In this document: positions 24,933 to 38,300 of the stretch, in pieces
Position numbering within the stretch: the stretch's first letter is position 1
Layout of the letters: each line of letters opens with the position of its first letter
From: Geosiphon pyriformis uo1
Taxonomy: Eukaryota > Fungi > Glomeromycota
Direction of reading: 5' to 3'
Length of the DNA: 64,000 nt
Assembly (NCBI GenBank): GCA_016748015.1
Contig: JAAOMT010000590.1
Location: 677,912 to 741,911 of the forward strand
Translations under genes and position numbers: made by a program
Notes under the pieces: model-generated
Database searches by the model: none
Seen by the model: only the letters and a program-made list of their open reading frames with translations
What the model was told of the DNA's origin: nothing

Positions 24933-25633
24933 GTCTCTGTCTCTCTTTGACTTGTTTCAGATTTATGTATGTATATTTGGATAAAAAATATTAAATGTCG
25001 CCAATTCATGGTGTCACACGCTTTGTCAATAGAAAAAAAAAATTCTTCTTAGAAACGGCCGCCTTAATGGCCTCTTTGATTAAAGGAAAAAACTTTAAAA
25101 ATAAATTTTACGCGGTCGGCTCTCATTAACAAAGCGATAATATTGATTTCTTGGCTGAATAATGGGGGGATGTTAATAAATTTACCATTCATTCATAATT
25201 ACCTGGATATCATTCGACGCGCTTACCATAAAAATTCAAACTATTTATGTGATCTTGTTTTAATCAATCAATCAATCAATCACTTCATCAGAAATTGACA
25301 CATCATAAATAATATCGAAAATAGTTTTTATAATGTGATTTGATGTTCGGTGTCTATTGTACGGGGAAAATCATCAAACAAATAATACTCCAGTGCAGTC
25401 TATTCGAGATCAAACAAATAATACCGTCTTTCCTTTCTAGTTAAAAGAAAAAAAAAATGGGACCTTTAGTCTTCTTGGTTCTTTGAATATTAAAAAAGCC
25501 TCTTCCTAGTCTTCTCATCCACTCTTCTCTTCTGTTGTCATCATAATAATCTTTTTCGGAATTATTTTCTTTGATTCATAAGATGCAGTAACAGCAGCAA
25601 AAATTATCAACAATAACAACCTAGATCTGAGTA

Positions 25634-25663
25634 GGGTAGGGTAGGGTAGGGTACTATATAAAG
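25634..25663 (+). promoter_or_regulatory. G-quadruplex motif (GGGTA)3GGG directly followed by TATA-like TATATAAAG
   Basis: GGG tracts at 25634, 25639, 25644 and 25649; TATATAAAG at ~25655-25663; 1.6 kb upstream of the membrane-protein ORF. Confidence 0.4.
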
Positions 25664-26750
25664 AAAATTACTCGTGTCCACAAAATAAACCCCTTGACCT
25701 CTTTTTTGAGAGAGATAGAGAGAGAAAGAAATAGAAAGAGAGATAGAGATAGAGATAGAAAGAGAGATAGAGATAGAGATAGAGATAGAGATTGAATAAT
25801 AATTTTTTGTTCAAAATTTTCTTTTCTCTTTTCTGTTCTGTTAATAATATTTTTTTAGATCTATAAAATCTTTTTCTTTTCTTTTCTTTTCTTTTAAATC
25901 AAATAAAAAATCCGAAATTAATTAATTTATAAGACCAGAAATAGTAATTCAGTTTTACTGCGGTTTTTTTTTTCCATATATTGCTCTATTTAAAGATAAC
26001 CAGTCGGTCAGTCGCGCGAATTTTATCCACTTACTAGTTTGTAAACGAAACGCTTGTATCACAAAAAAGATAATAGGCTTTACTTTTGATCCCTTTTTCT
26101 TTTCTTTTTTTAATTTTTTAATTACTATTACTAGTTTTTTTTTATATGAGAGAGATCGTTTTCAAATAAAATAAAAAACTTTTTATTTATTTATTTATTT
26201 GAAAATAAACACATAAATAAATATATATATATATATATATATACATATAGTTTTAATATATATAATTTTTTTACAATATATATATTTTTTATTGTAAAAA
26301 AAAAAAAAATCTTTTTATTAATACATTGGGCTCGGCGTTTTTTTCTACTTTCTCTTCTTTTGCTCTTCTTGCTCTTTAGTATTTCGCTAGTTTGGATTCT
26401 TTTGACAGTTTAAACAAGGGTCTCTTTCTGAAAAACTGAAAAGTTAAATAACCAAATTTAAAAAATAAAGAAGAGAAATAACCTCAAAAAAAAAAGTTGA
26501 AAAAAATTCACGTCATTTTTTATATATAACTGTATATATAACTGTATATTTACCTATATATATATATATACACACACATTATTTTTGAAACTCCATTTAC
26601 ACTTTTGATTTAATGATACATTTTTCTTAAAAGTTTTCTTAAAGAGTTTTTTAAAGAAGGAAGTTCACTGGTCAGCTTTTAAAGTCAGTTGACAAAAAAA
26701 TTGTCAAGTTCCGTGTTTAATTATTTTCTTTCTAAAATTCCAACAGCAAT

Positions 26751-26788
<38 letters not shown>

Positions 26789-27234
26789 AAACAAAAACAA
26801 CAACTTATTTTCTTCATAACCTTTGAGACTCAAAACAACAAACACCATTTTCATCAAAACAATTTGCTTATCTATAAGTTAACTCGAGTCGAGCTCTCTT
26901 ATAAACGAAACGAAACGATATAACGTGTCAATTTTTTTGTGAAAAGAAAAGAAAAGAAAGAAAAAAAAAAGACAAAATCGTCATCTTATCCAAAGGATTA
27001 AAGCCCAAAAAATTTTCATCAAAATCATGAATATTTGAAAATCAATAATTTTAAATTTTTTTTAGGATATATATCATATTTTATACAAGTTACCCATTTT
27101 TTCAAAAAAAAAAAAAATTATTTCACATCAAAATAATTTACTTTAACCTTTCATCAATCATTCTAATTTCCCTTTCTAATTTTTATCGTAAAGTCCCCTC
27201 CGTTTCCTCAGTTTTTGGCCTTTCCCTTTTGATC

Positions 27235-29331
27235 ATGCAAAGGACAATTGGCCGTAAATGGGACAACACCAAGAAATTAATTAACAATTATGATGATGAC
27301 GATTATAGTTTATTAAATCATGATATCAACAACAAATGGAGAAAAAAAACTTTGAGAAATGATAAATTGATTAAGATGAAAAGAGTTTTATCTGCATATA
27401 CATCAATATTATTCATGACAAAAATGACAACATCAATCATATCAATGATTTTTTTATTAATTATTTGCACTGTTCAAATTTTACCGCTTGTTTCTGCTCG
27501 ACCTCAAGCTCCGAATGGTTATTTCTATCCCCAATCACAACAACAACAACAACAACAACAAGGTAGTTGGAATCAACCGGGTGGTGATCCTTATTATTAT
27601 CCACAAAATTATCAGTATAATCCAAACCGAAATTATTATTCTCAAAATAATGTTGGCGAGGGTGGTTATATTAATGATAATTCTCCACAAAATCTCCAAC
27701 AACCTAATCAACCGTTTAACAATGGTGGTCAATCACAAGAACCATTGTCACCATCACCACTACCATCATCATCATCATCATCATCACAACCATCATCATC
27801 ACAACCATCATCACCATCATCACAACAAATTTCCAATAATCAAGACCAAAAACAAATAGATACCACTCCTTCCATCAAAGAACCATCGGACTCAGCCTCA
27901 TCTTTCGTCACTAAACCAGATCCAGGTGTAGCCAATGAAATATCGCCTCCTAACAATGAAATTCACGAAACTATTCCATTAACTACTGTATCTGAGGAAA
28001 ATCGTCCATTAGGCTTAGCAAAATCCGCTTTTATTGGTCTGGTTGTTGGTGTTAGCTTTGGCGCTTTAATCATTTTGGCCGGTGCTCTTCTATTTTTGAA
28101 ACGTCATAGACGACGTAGATATGTTAGACCGGCGGAATATAAAGCTTTGAAATTATCTGCTGATTCTAAAAAATCATTCGATGCTCGTGGTTCGATGGAA
28201 CGTACTCCGACAACTTTATTGCCAGCTCGTGAATTATTATTCCCTACTCAAATGTCCGCTGCACATCATAAAACCATTTACGGTGCCAAGGATGCTGATA
28301 CTCCGGTCTGGGACATTAAAACTGACATAGAACGACGTGGTACCATTCGTATTCCAAAGACTAGAAAAACTTGGTTCCCTGCTCTAAACAACTCTCGATC
28401 TAGTGCTGCTCAGAAGGAAAAAGTGGAACGAAATGCTTCAGAAGATCGAAAAACAGAACGCGCTCGTAAAACTACTTCTTGGTTAGCGGCATTTAAATTG
28501 AGTAGTGGTATTGGTGAGTCCAATGATCCCGTTTCACCACCGGTCATGGTTACCACTCCCAGGGATATATCACCACCTCCTAACGCGGCCAGAAGATCAG
28601 TGAGTCCAAGTCCACGCACAAGTCCTAGATCCATGAGTCCGGAATTAGGTGCGCTTGATAATCCAGCAGGTTTAAACGTTCGCGATTCTCATAGACCAAA
28701 AAGTCCAAATTTAACTCCAGAATCTGCTGCTGGTTCCCCCAAATTATCGATACGACTTGGCTCAGGATTAGAACGCCGAGATTCCAGGAAATCATGGCAT
28801 CCAGGGATGTCTTCTACTGATCAATTACAAAAAGACATTCAAGACAAAGATAACAACTATAATAATACCACCATCGATCAAATCCCTCCGGTTCCTCCTA
28901 TCCCCGCTAATTTCTCATCATCCGCATCCGATCCATCATCAAATCAACGTGGCGCATCAAATAGATTATCCTGGAATCCAACCGTAGCCCGACGAGAAAC
29001 ACTTCGAGCACAAAATAATTCCACCAGCATCCCACAAGGAAATAGTGCTTCACGTAGATCACCTAGACGTTCTAGAAATGCTAGCGCTATAGCCAATGAT
29101 CGATCTGCTGCTGCAGGTGCCAGTGGCTCTTTGAGTGATAGTTTGTCACCGCCATTTGGTCCCACCGCCTCAGCTCCTGATACTAATTCCGGTTCATTGT
29201 CGGATAGTGGTATAAGCTCGTCGAATACGTCTAGTTCCTTTTCACTGCCGCCTTTGAAACGACAGAGTTTATTCGGAGAAGGTGCTGGTATGTTGGATCT
29301 GGATTTGGAACGATCTTCGAATGTAGATTAG
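27235..29331 (+). CDS. Intronless type I single-pass membrane protein (signal peptide, Q/N/Y-rich and S/P-rich ectodomain, TM helix, long disordered cytoplasmic tail); architecture resembles Mid2/Wsc/Skg6 surface sensors
   Basis: ~700-codon ORF. Hydrophobic IISMIFLLIICTVQILPLVSA|RP; TM AFIGLVVGVSFGALIILAGALLFL followed by KRHRRRR. The true start may be a downstream Met (27376 or later). Confidence 0.85.
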   Translation: MQRTIGRKWDNTKKLINNYDDDDYSLLNHDINNKWRKKTLRNDKLIKMKRVLSAYTSILFMTKMTTSIISMIFLLIICTVQILPLVSARPQAPNGYFYPQSQQQQQQQQGSWNQPGGDPYYYPQNYQYNPNRNYYSQNNVGEGGYINDNSPQNLQQPNQPFNNGGQSQEPLSPSPLPSSSSSSSQPSSSQPSSPSSQQISNNQDQKQIDTTPSIKEPSDSASSFVTKPDPGVANEISPPNNEIHETIPLTTVSEENRPLGLAKSAFIGLVVGVSFGALIILAGALLFLKRHRRRRYVRPAEYKALKLSADSKKSFDARGSMERTPTTLLPARELLFPTQMSAAHHKTIYGAKDADTPVWDIKTDIERRGTIRIPKTRKTWFPALNNSRSSAAQKEKVERNASEDRKTERARKTTSWLAAFKLSSGIGESNDPVSPPVMVTTPRDISPPPNAARRSVSPSPRTSPRSMSPELGALDNPAGLNVRDSHRPKSPNLTPESAAGSPKLSIRLGSGLERRDSRKSWHPGMSSTDQLQKDIQDKDNNYNNTTIDQIPPVPPIPANFSSSASDPSSNQRGASNRLSWNPTVARRETLRAQNNSTSIPQGNSASRRSPRRSRNASAIANDRSAAAGASGSLSDSLSPPFGPTASAPDTNSGSLSDSGISSSNTSSSFSLPPLKRQSLFGEGAGMLDLDLERSSNVD

Positions 29332-30444
29332 ATTAGTGTAAAAGAACCATCGTAGTGTAATAGCGACCAGGAGTATATTAGTAGTAGTAGCAAGTAGTAG
29401 TAGTAGCAAGTAGTAGTAGTAGTAGTAGTAGTGGTGGTAGTAGTAGTGGTAGTAGTAGCAATAACAGCAGCAAAAACAACAACAGTAGACCTAGGTAATT
29501 TTATTGTGTGTATGACTTTTTGCAGTATTTAGTTCTGGGCTTTTTTAAAGAATTAGTCGTATATGTTTTTTTTGTTGATTGTAATGTTGGATTTTATATA
29601 ATATTTTCTTATTAAATTCTTGGAGATTTCGCTTGCACAGTAAATTGTTAAGATAAAGAATAGCATAATCATTGATAGCATTATCAAAATTTGAAACTAT
29701 TGTATATATTTGATAAGTACTTGGTCGATATTTTCAAACGAAAGAGTACGATTTATTTTAGATTAGTTTTTTAAAAAGATTAAAATAATAATTTTTGATT
29801 TTTTGATTTTTTTTGAATTTATCAATTATTTATTCGTTAAATTTAAAATTATATCTTATAAATAAATTTTTGAAATATGTACAATGAATATTTTGGAATA
29901 TTTAAACATTATAAATTAATAATTTTTATAATAAAATATTATCATTAAATAATTTTTAAATGAAAAAAGACCCAAATTTTAAATTTTTAATGTTTTTTAT
30001 AATATATACTTTTTTAAATACCAAAAAAATTTTTTTTTTAAAAAAAACAAATTTATTAATATATATATATATATTTAAATATAATACCAAGTATTTACAC
30101 AATACTATTAAGTAAAATAACAAAAAAACCATAAATTATAATAAAATTAAAGCTATTTACATGTATTATATATATATATTTTTTAACTTAATTATATATT
30201 TAAAGTTAGATAATTAATATATATTTTTTTGTAATTAATTACAAATTTTTAAATAAAATTAATTAATTTTAAAATTATAATTTTTTATATTATTAAAAAT
30301 TAATAAAAGTTTTGTAAACTAGTTTTTATATATATTATAATATATAAATTATTATTTTTAATATATAAAATTAAAAATATATAAAATTAAAATTTAATAT
30401 ATTAAAAATAATTTTATATATGTATTAATTATTAAAAATTGTTT

Positions 30445-33400
30445 ATTTTTTTTTATTAACATTTAATGAGTGAGGCCCAAATGTTATCTAGCACAATACA
30501 TCAAACTAAGTGATCTAAACTAAGCACAAATTATGCATTTTCTATACATAACTAGCTATTTGGACTGATTAGAGCAATACTACAAATCTATTATAACAGA
30601 CATCACATTATCAACACCAGAAAAGAAACAGTAGGATTTACAAAAACCAAAACAGATATCAAGCACCTCAGCAATCCCAAGCAACCTAACTACTCCAGCC
30701 AAGAGCAAAAACAACAGACCTCAGGTCACAGGAAAAACAAAACCATCATAATAAACTAAACCATCTTTCTCCATAAAGGCCTTATATTTGGCCCTAACCA
30801 ACCATATGTTAGCATGGTAAACAGCACCAAAATCCTAAACAAAGTTATTAATAACTCTTCCTGCAAACTTAGCATTACCCAAAACAGATACAGTTTCCAG
30901 ATACCAATTCCTGAACAAGAAGCCTTTGCTCAAAATAGTGTATAGCACATTATCAGAAGCACACAAAAAAAGCACCTGCAAAATCCAAGACAAAGGGAGA
31001 CCCAAACCAGACATGGCATGTCACTTAGCCAGATAGGAAGCAAGCAGATTTTTATGGACTTCAGAGTCAAATACATACACAAAAGAGTGATCAAAGCTCT
31101 CCACCTCTCCACAATAAAGACACAAAACACTCAGATAATTCCTATCATACAAGCATTTCCACACAATGACCAGCAGGCAGTGGTGCAAAGCTTTCAAAAA
31201 ATACGAGTGTAGATCAATAATAGACTTGCTAATAAATCCAGTCACCATGTGCAAGTCAGAGTGCCAGACCAAAGCAGTACAAACTCAATTCACATTACTA
31301 ATTATATCTTCATTAATAACAGCAAAACCAGGTCCAATCTTTCAACAAGCATGATTCACAGTCCTAAAAACATTCCGAGCAAAATGCCAAATATTACCAG
31401 AAACCACCACCCCACCAGCCTTAATGAACATTTCCTTAATCAAAACAAAAAGCATTAAATTTGAACTTGCAGCTGAATTGGCCAATTCATCAGCATACTT
31501 GTTACCCAAAACACCCAAATGTTCTTTAATCTTATGTCAAGAAACACTAAGTCTTTTTTCCTTAATTAGATTTACAATATTATGCCACTTTATCTAGCAA
31601 TAGTTGTAGAAGCCCAGAGAAGTCAAAACTAATTCAGCAGTACAAGCATCTAAGACAGTCTAACTGTCTAAATAAACCACAACAAAGCTGCAAAAAGGGA
31701 CACACTTCAAAGCTAAAGTGATTGCCTGCAATTCAGCCAAAGTGAAAGAGACCAACTCACTAACTCTAATGCCAATACCTAGATCCACATTTAAAAAGTA
31801 AGTGGCTGCACCACACTTTATTTTCCATGTACCAAAATTTTTTAAAGATCCATCTATGTAAATCTCAATAACATTTAAATTAGAAATAAGAAGACACTAT
31901 TTCAGCCACCCAAATCACCAACATCTAGTGACTGGAGTTTAGCAACAGATAGACCATTATAAGGGAAAAAGTGAGCCAGGAAGTTACATACCAAATTGAA
32001 CCAATAAGGAACTAGGTCTCTTGGGTTAAGCCTTTTCTAATAACAAAAGCTTTTTCAGTCAAAAATCAAATCTTTTTTGGTATACAGCTGTTCAATGAAA
32101 GCAACTCCAAATCTTTTGAGTAAGCATGAAACTTCATAAAACAAATGATCCTCCAGAACCAAAGACATTGGTATTCTACCAGAAAAATAGAATGCTGTAT
32201 GAGAAAAGTTCTCAAGAGACATATTACAATTCAAAAAAATTCTAACAATACTAGCCAAAAAATTGTTGTCTGAACTGATTGTTTATTTAATAAATTTTGT
32301 TAAAATATTTAAATTAACTTTGTATATAAAACTATATTTTAAAATTTAAAATTTATTACAATAAAAACAAAATATATGTATATTAATAAATTTATATTTT
32401 TTATTAAATTATTAATATAAATTATAATTTTTTTTAAATATATATTTTTAAAATTAAATTAAAATTATATATATTATGTATATATTAATTTAAAGATATA
32501 GTAATATATATATATAATTTTTTCTTAATAAAATTATTATTTAAAATAAATTCTAATATATATAAATAAAATAAAAATTATTTTTAAAATAAAAAACATT
32601 GAATATATTATTAATAAAATTAATATTATAATTTAAAAAACAAAAATTTAATTTTAAATTATATAACCAGAAAAAAAATTTTTTATTAAAATTTAATAAA
32701 TTTAATAAATATAATCTAACTACTATTTAGTACTTTGAAAAAAACCAAGTTTCAAACTAAGTATAGTTCATGTACTTTTTACATATAATTAATTACTTAA
32801 GCTGGTTTAAATTATATTATGCTGTTATCTTACAAAAAAATTTGTTTAAAGTAGACATTTTTTAAACAGCATCAAACAAAATAAAACTACTAAAAACTAA
32901 TTTAACAAGCTATTTAACTGTTTTTATGAAACAGAATCTAATTTTAAGAGATTTAAATTTCCAAAGTATTATTAATTTACCAAATATCTTATTATTTATT
33001 TTAACTGAAACTTTAAAATTACCAGACATATTAATACCTTCTATGTTATATTTTTCTTTTTCAACTTACCAACAGATTTGCTAAAAGTATTTAAATATAT
33101 TATAAGTTCATTAATTTTGTTTTCAAGTTTGTTGCTTGATATAAAATTACTCTTAACAAATTGTTCAAAAGTAGTTATTAATGTATCAACAAATTTAACA
33201 ATAGATCCAACCAAGATTGACAACTTAATTAAATCAGATTTCAAAGACACCAGTCAAGACAAAATCAAAAAATTATTTTTAATTTCAGAAGAAAAAGCAG
33301 AAGTTACTAACAAAAGAAAATCAAAAGAGCCCAGAAAAGCAAATACTTTAGCATAAGACTTTGTATTCACAAAACATGGAACAAATACCTTAAAAGTCTT

Positions 33401-34930
33401 GGAAAAAAGAAATAAAAAACTCTTTTAGTCTACAGCCAAATGGCCTATTTCTTAACACTTAAAACAGCATCAACAACCAAGAATTTTTTACCAGATATGA
33501 TATTTTTTTAGTGTATTAATTTTAATAATAACAGTATCTAAATCAACCTAAAATTCAAATATAATTAGAACAAACTGGAAACAATAACCAAAATTAGGAG
33601 AGCAAAAAATAAAACACATTTAATTACCAACTTAAAAAATTATATTACTAATTTTAAATATAGTACAACCAGAAGGAAAATTGATTAACTTGGTCTTAAA
33701 CCTATTATAAAACAGAATAGTCTTATTTTAATTTACCAAGAGAAAAATTTTAATATTATTCTTATCTACTAAAACCAACTAATAGTTTAAAACAAACATA
33801 GCAGAATTCAATTCAACAAAGTAAATAATTACATATTGCCAAATACTAATAGACTTTAGCACAACACAAGCAATTTCATTAAATACATGAAAGCTGTCTT
33901 AATATTAATAGCAGATATATCTAAAAACACATTATACAGCACAATAGCAACAAGAAAGAAACCAGTTTTAGAAACCACTAAGGACTTGAGAATTTTAAGA
34001 GTGGTTAGGTGAACAAAACTTGTAAGCTTAACCAGAAAAACAGCTTCCAAAAACTTTTAAAAAGTAAACTCCATACAGAAAAGTTTTATATTATTTTTTG
34101 ATACTGAGTTTACATTCAAAAAACTATGTACAGATTGAAAAACAGTCTTAACATAAGTTAATTTAATCTTGAAAGTAGTATTAAACACTAGAGTAAAGAC
34201 CACCTATCTAGCAAATCTTTAATAACTAGCAATAGTTTTTCAAACACCATCAGTAACAATACCAGAAACCAAAAAAAGAATTAAATCAGTTTCTATTTGA
34301 TTAGTCCAATTTTTAAGAACAAATAATTCAACAAAAGACTATTGTTTTGCTTTTAAAATCAATGATGATCTGCCAAAAGAGACCATATTTAGCAATACAG
34401 TCAGTGATTAATCTTGGCTTATCTTGAATAATATGTTAGATAATACAACAAAAATTTCATCTAAGATCTTATTAGCAACCACAAAAAAGTTCAGTGTAAC
34501 AATAGCAAAAACAAGTAACTGTTCTCATTTTTCTGAATTTTGGTCTTTTTAACCATTTTTTTTAAAGAAGATATATTAATAGCACTTGATATAAAAATTA
34601 TGGAAAAAAAGACTAGTTTGTTAACTTGTTTGTTATTAAAAACTTTTGAGCTCTTTAAAAAAGTAGAGATAACATTAGAACTAATCCAAATATGTTTTTT
34701 TAAAAAGACTTTGACTGGTAAAAAAACCAGTTAAAGATAAAAAAATGCTTTAAAGACTACTAAAGGCAGTTTTTCACTATAAATATTTAAGAAAAAAGCT
34801 TTCAAAACATTTTGTCTAATAGCTTTTACAACATAAAAAGCTTTTTTGGTTGAAATTTTATTAAATATCTTAGGAAAAATATTAGATAAAGCTTTTTTAC
34901 TCTTTTTTTTAGTTGTAATTATAAAATTAA
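30445..34930 (-). mobile_element. LINE copy 1, heavily decayed; RT region missing and replaced by an AT block at ~32280-32720
   Basis: Poly(A) tail at ~30445; 3' UTR shared with copies 2 and 3; C-terminal CLYCGEVESFDHSF; RNase H remnants at 31500-31870; ORF1 remnants (33041-33250) and a decayed Zn knuckle CFKC*EIGHLAVD* at ~33430-33470. Confidence 0.8.
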
Positions 34931-35304
34931 GAAAACAAAAATATATAAATTTGTTTAAAAAAAATTAAATAATTTGGTTTTAAATATATTATAAAATATA
35001 ATAACTTTTTTAAATATATTAAAAAATACACAAAAAATATTATAAAAAGAAAAACCACAAAATTTTTATAATTAAAAAGTAATAAAAAAATAATTTAGCA
35101 TAATAACAATATTTAAAAAATTTAAAATGTAAATTTTGTACAAAAAAGCCTAATATTGTTTTTAGTAATTAGTTTTAAATCAATAAATCTATATAAAAAC
35201 TAAAATATAAATTATTTTAATATTTGTAATTTTATTGAATATTAAAATAAAAATTACTTATTCAAAAAATTTTTAATAATTAACAATAATTTTTTAAATA
35301 TATA

Positions 35305-38300
35305 TTTTTTTTTATTCATTTAGCAAGTGAAATCCAAACATTGTCTAACACAATACATTATGTAAATGATTTAAACTAGGTGTGAATCATGTACTTTCTA
35401 TACATAACCAGCCACTCAGACCAGTCAGAACAACATTAAACATCTATATGAACAGAAACTATATTACCTATACCTAAGAAGAACAAACAAGACTTACAAA
35501 ACCCAAAACCAACACCAATTGCCTTGGCAACATTCAATAACCTGGCCATACTAGCTAAAAGCACCAAAGGAAGCCCAGAAACTGAGAGAGAAACAGACCC
35601 ATCATGTGGAATGAGCCTATTCTTCTTCATAAATACTTGGTGTTTAGCACAAACCAACCAAATATCCTCCCAAAATGCAAAACTAAACTCATGCACAAAG
35701 ACTACAATATTCTGACCTGCTATCTTGGAGTCTGTAAAAATGGAGACAGATTCATAAAACCAATTCTTAAAAACAAAATCCTTACATAAAGCAGTGCTGA
35801 CCAAAATATTAGAGACACAAGTAGACAACAGCTGCAAGATACTCAAAAAAAAATGAGTCAAACCAGAGCACACTTCCCAAGCAGATGCATGAATGTTCAA
35901 CAATTAAACACAATTAGCAGCATCAAACAAACAAGAAAAAGTGTGGTCTAAGACTTCGACATTACCACAGAATAAATACACTACACTAAAATAACACTTA
36001 TCATAAAGCCACTTATGTACAGCAACAGGGAGCTGATGATGCAAGGTCTTCATAAAATATGTCTGGAAGCCAATAGTTTGCTTGCTAGTGAAACCAGCAA
36101 CCATGTGAGAATTTGGATGCCACATCAGAAATGATCTAAGTTAGTCTATATCTGCACGCAAATAATTCATTACCACCCAGGAACCAGAACCAACTTCCCA
36201 ATGCACACAATGAACAAACTGAAAAACATCTCAAACAAAATACCTAGAATTACCAGAAATAGCTGCACTACTGACTCTAAGGTAGTGTTCTTTGATTAAG
36301 TGGGACAGATGCTAACTAGAAAGGGCAGCAGTTCTGGCCAACTTATTAACATGCTCATTGTCTAAAACTTCCAAGTAACTTTCAACTTTATGCCAATTAA
36401 TATTCAAATTCTTACAATAAATAATATTAGCAATATGGTAACGTTCAATTCAACACCAATTCTTAAAATCTGGATGAGCCAATTCCAACTTCGACTTGCA
36501 TGTATCCAAAGCAGCTTGACTGTCTAAGAACAAGTTAATTGTGTGAAAAGAGAGAACACACTTAAAAGCCAGAGCAATGGCCTGCAATTCTACCATGATG
36601 GAAAACATCAAACTGAACACTCCTACACCCAAACCCATACTTATGTTCTCAAAGAAAACAGCAGCTCCAGCTTTCATATCAAAAGTTCCTAAACCACTTA
36701 ATGATTTATTCGTATAGGCAAAAAGGTAATTAACATCAGCACACAACAAATCACCATAAATGGCACCAAATTTATAAGACTGAAGAACATCCGAAGAGCC
36801 ACAATTGTCCAAAAGCAAGGAGCAAACAGACATAGAAGACACACTACCAAGAAACTGAACAGAAAGCTTGAACCAGACAGAAACCAGACCACATGAGTCT
36901 AACCATTTCTATTGTTTAAAGGTCTTTCAATCGAAAACAATTCCACTCTGGTTACACAGTTGGTCTACAAAGGCAATTCCATAATGCCAAAGTTAAAAAA
37001 CATACCTAAGATAATTTGATTTACTAAGAACAAGAGACATAGAAGTTCTATCACAATAACAAAAAGCATTGATCAGAAAGCCACCCAAAGACAAATTATT
37101 TCCAGAAAAAATATGCACCACACCCACTAAAAAATTATTTAAAAAGTTGATCTTGACATGAATTGGGTATTGCAAAAGATGAAGTGGATGCCAGCAGAGA
37201 ACCTGAAGATTATGTGACTGGTAAGAAAACAATCTACTCAAAATCCCAACAGAGTTCACAAAAAAAATGACCAAGACTGATTTGCTCTCAGCCTGAATCT
37301 GCTTAAAGATTTTTAAATTATACAGAAAAGAATAATAAATTGCATTATTGAAGAAATTGCACAGTAAACCAGACTTAGACTTCAAGCCCTTATGAATCAA
37401 AGTGTCCCACTTATTACATACACTAATAGAAATATAACTGAATTGTGTTCTATAGCCAATGATAAGATAAAAGACCACCAAAACCAAATATAAAAACTGC
37501 TTATCAGAAACTGTCTTTCTTTGGACTAAGTTAGTGAAAAACCAGACATCAGAATTTGCTTTAGCCAAGCTAGGCTTTAAAAAACTCTCAGTAAACAAAA
37601 AAATCCCTAGATAGCGATGTGATTCTCCTTTCTTGGCAACAAAAATAGGTGATCCATTGATTAACAAAGAAGGATTCATAACTTTGCAATTAATGAGAAT
37701 GACTACAGTCTTGTTATTATTGATTGAAATGTTATTGATGTTAAAAAATTCACTAGCAACATTAAGAATGTGTTGTATAGCACTCTGACTGCTGCCAACC
37801 CATATAGTATTATCAACAAAAACACCTGTGGCAAAAAAAAAAGAGAGACTGGCCTGAGATTTAGCACAACCACATCCAGAAATGAAGTAAGAATTCAACC
37901 TATACCCACACCCATTTGCTTGTCTCTTGACCTTGTACAGAAGAGGATCATAAAATATGTGCTAAAGAAGCAGTGAGAACACCTCTTCTTGGTCTAAGCC
38001 ATCATGCACCCTGTACTCATCCGACAAACCAAAATCTGTCATAACTCTATTAATGTGACCATTATGAATACCATCAAAAAATCTAATGAATCTGTTACAC
38101 ATTTTTATTCTGACCAAACTGTTTTGAAAATGCTCCCATCCAACAGAGTCATAAGTCTTTCACATGTCTTACAAGACCAACCAGAGTTCTCAATCCTTTT
38201 TCAAAGTATCTTCAATAACTGAACCAATGACAAAAATAAGAGACTGCATTGTCATACTCTTTAAAACTGAAAAATTGTCTCCATGTAAAATGTCAAAAGT

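Larger units (their letters stand above)
21410..26803. repeat. Microsatellite-dense intergenic/5' regulatory region: (GAT)n, (AAGT)n 21691-21724, (TTA/TTG)n 22045-22180, (AAAAAG)n, (ATT)n 23490-23584 and 23856-23897, (CT/ATCTCT)n 24842-24946, (GA/GAGATA)n 25708-25791, (CAA)n 26751-26803
   Basis: Directly visible tandem repeats. The region keeps CpGs (e.g. ACGCGCGCGA at 23584), unlike the AT blocks. Confidence 0.95.

Noticed and set aside
24757-25009. SL-repeat and ER/EI-repeat ORFs
   Set aside because: Translations of a (CT)n/(ATCTCT)n microsatellite.
25631-25653. Interstitial telomere
   Set aside because: The unit is TAGGG, not TTAGGG, and there are only four copies.
27488-27859. Poly-His/Asn ORF
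   Set aside because: Alternative frame of the Gln/Ser-rich part of the 700-aa gene.
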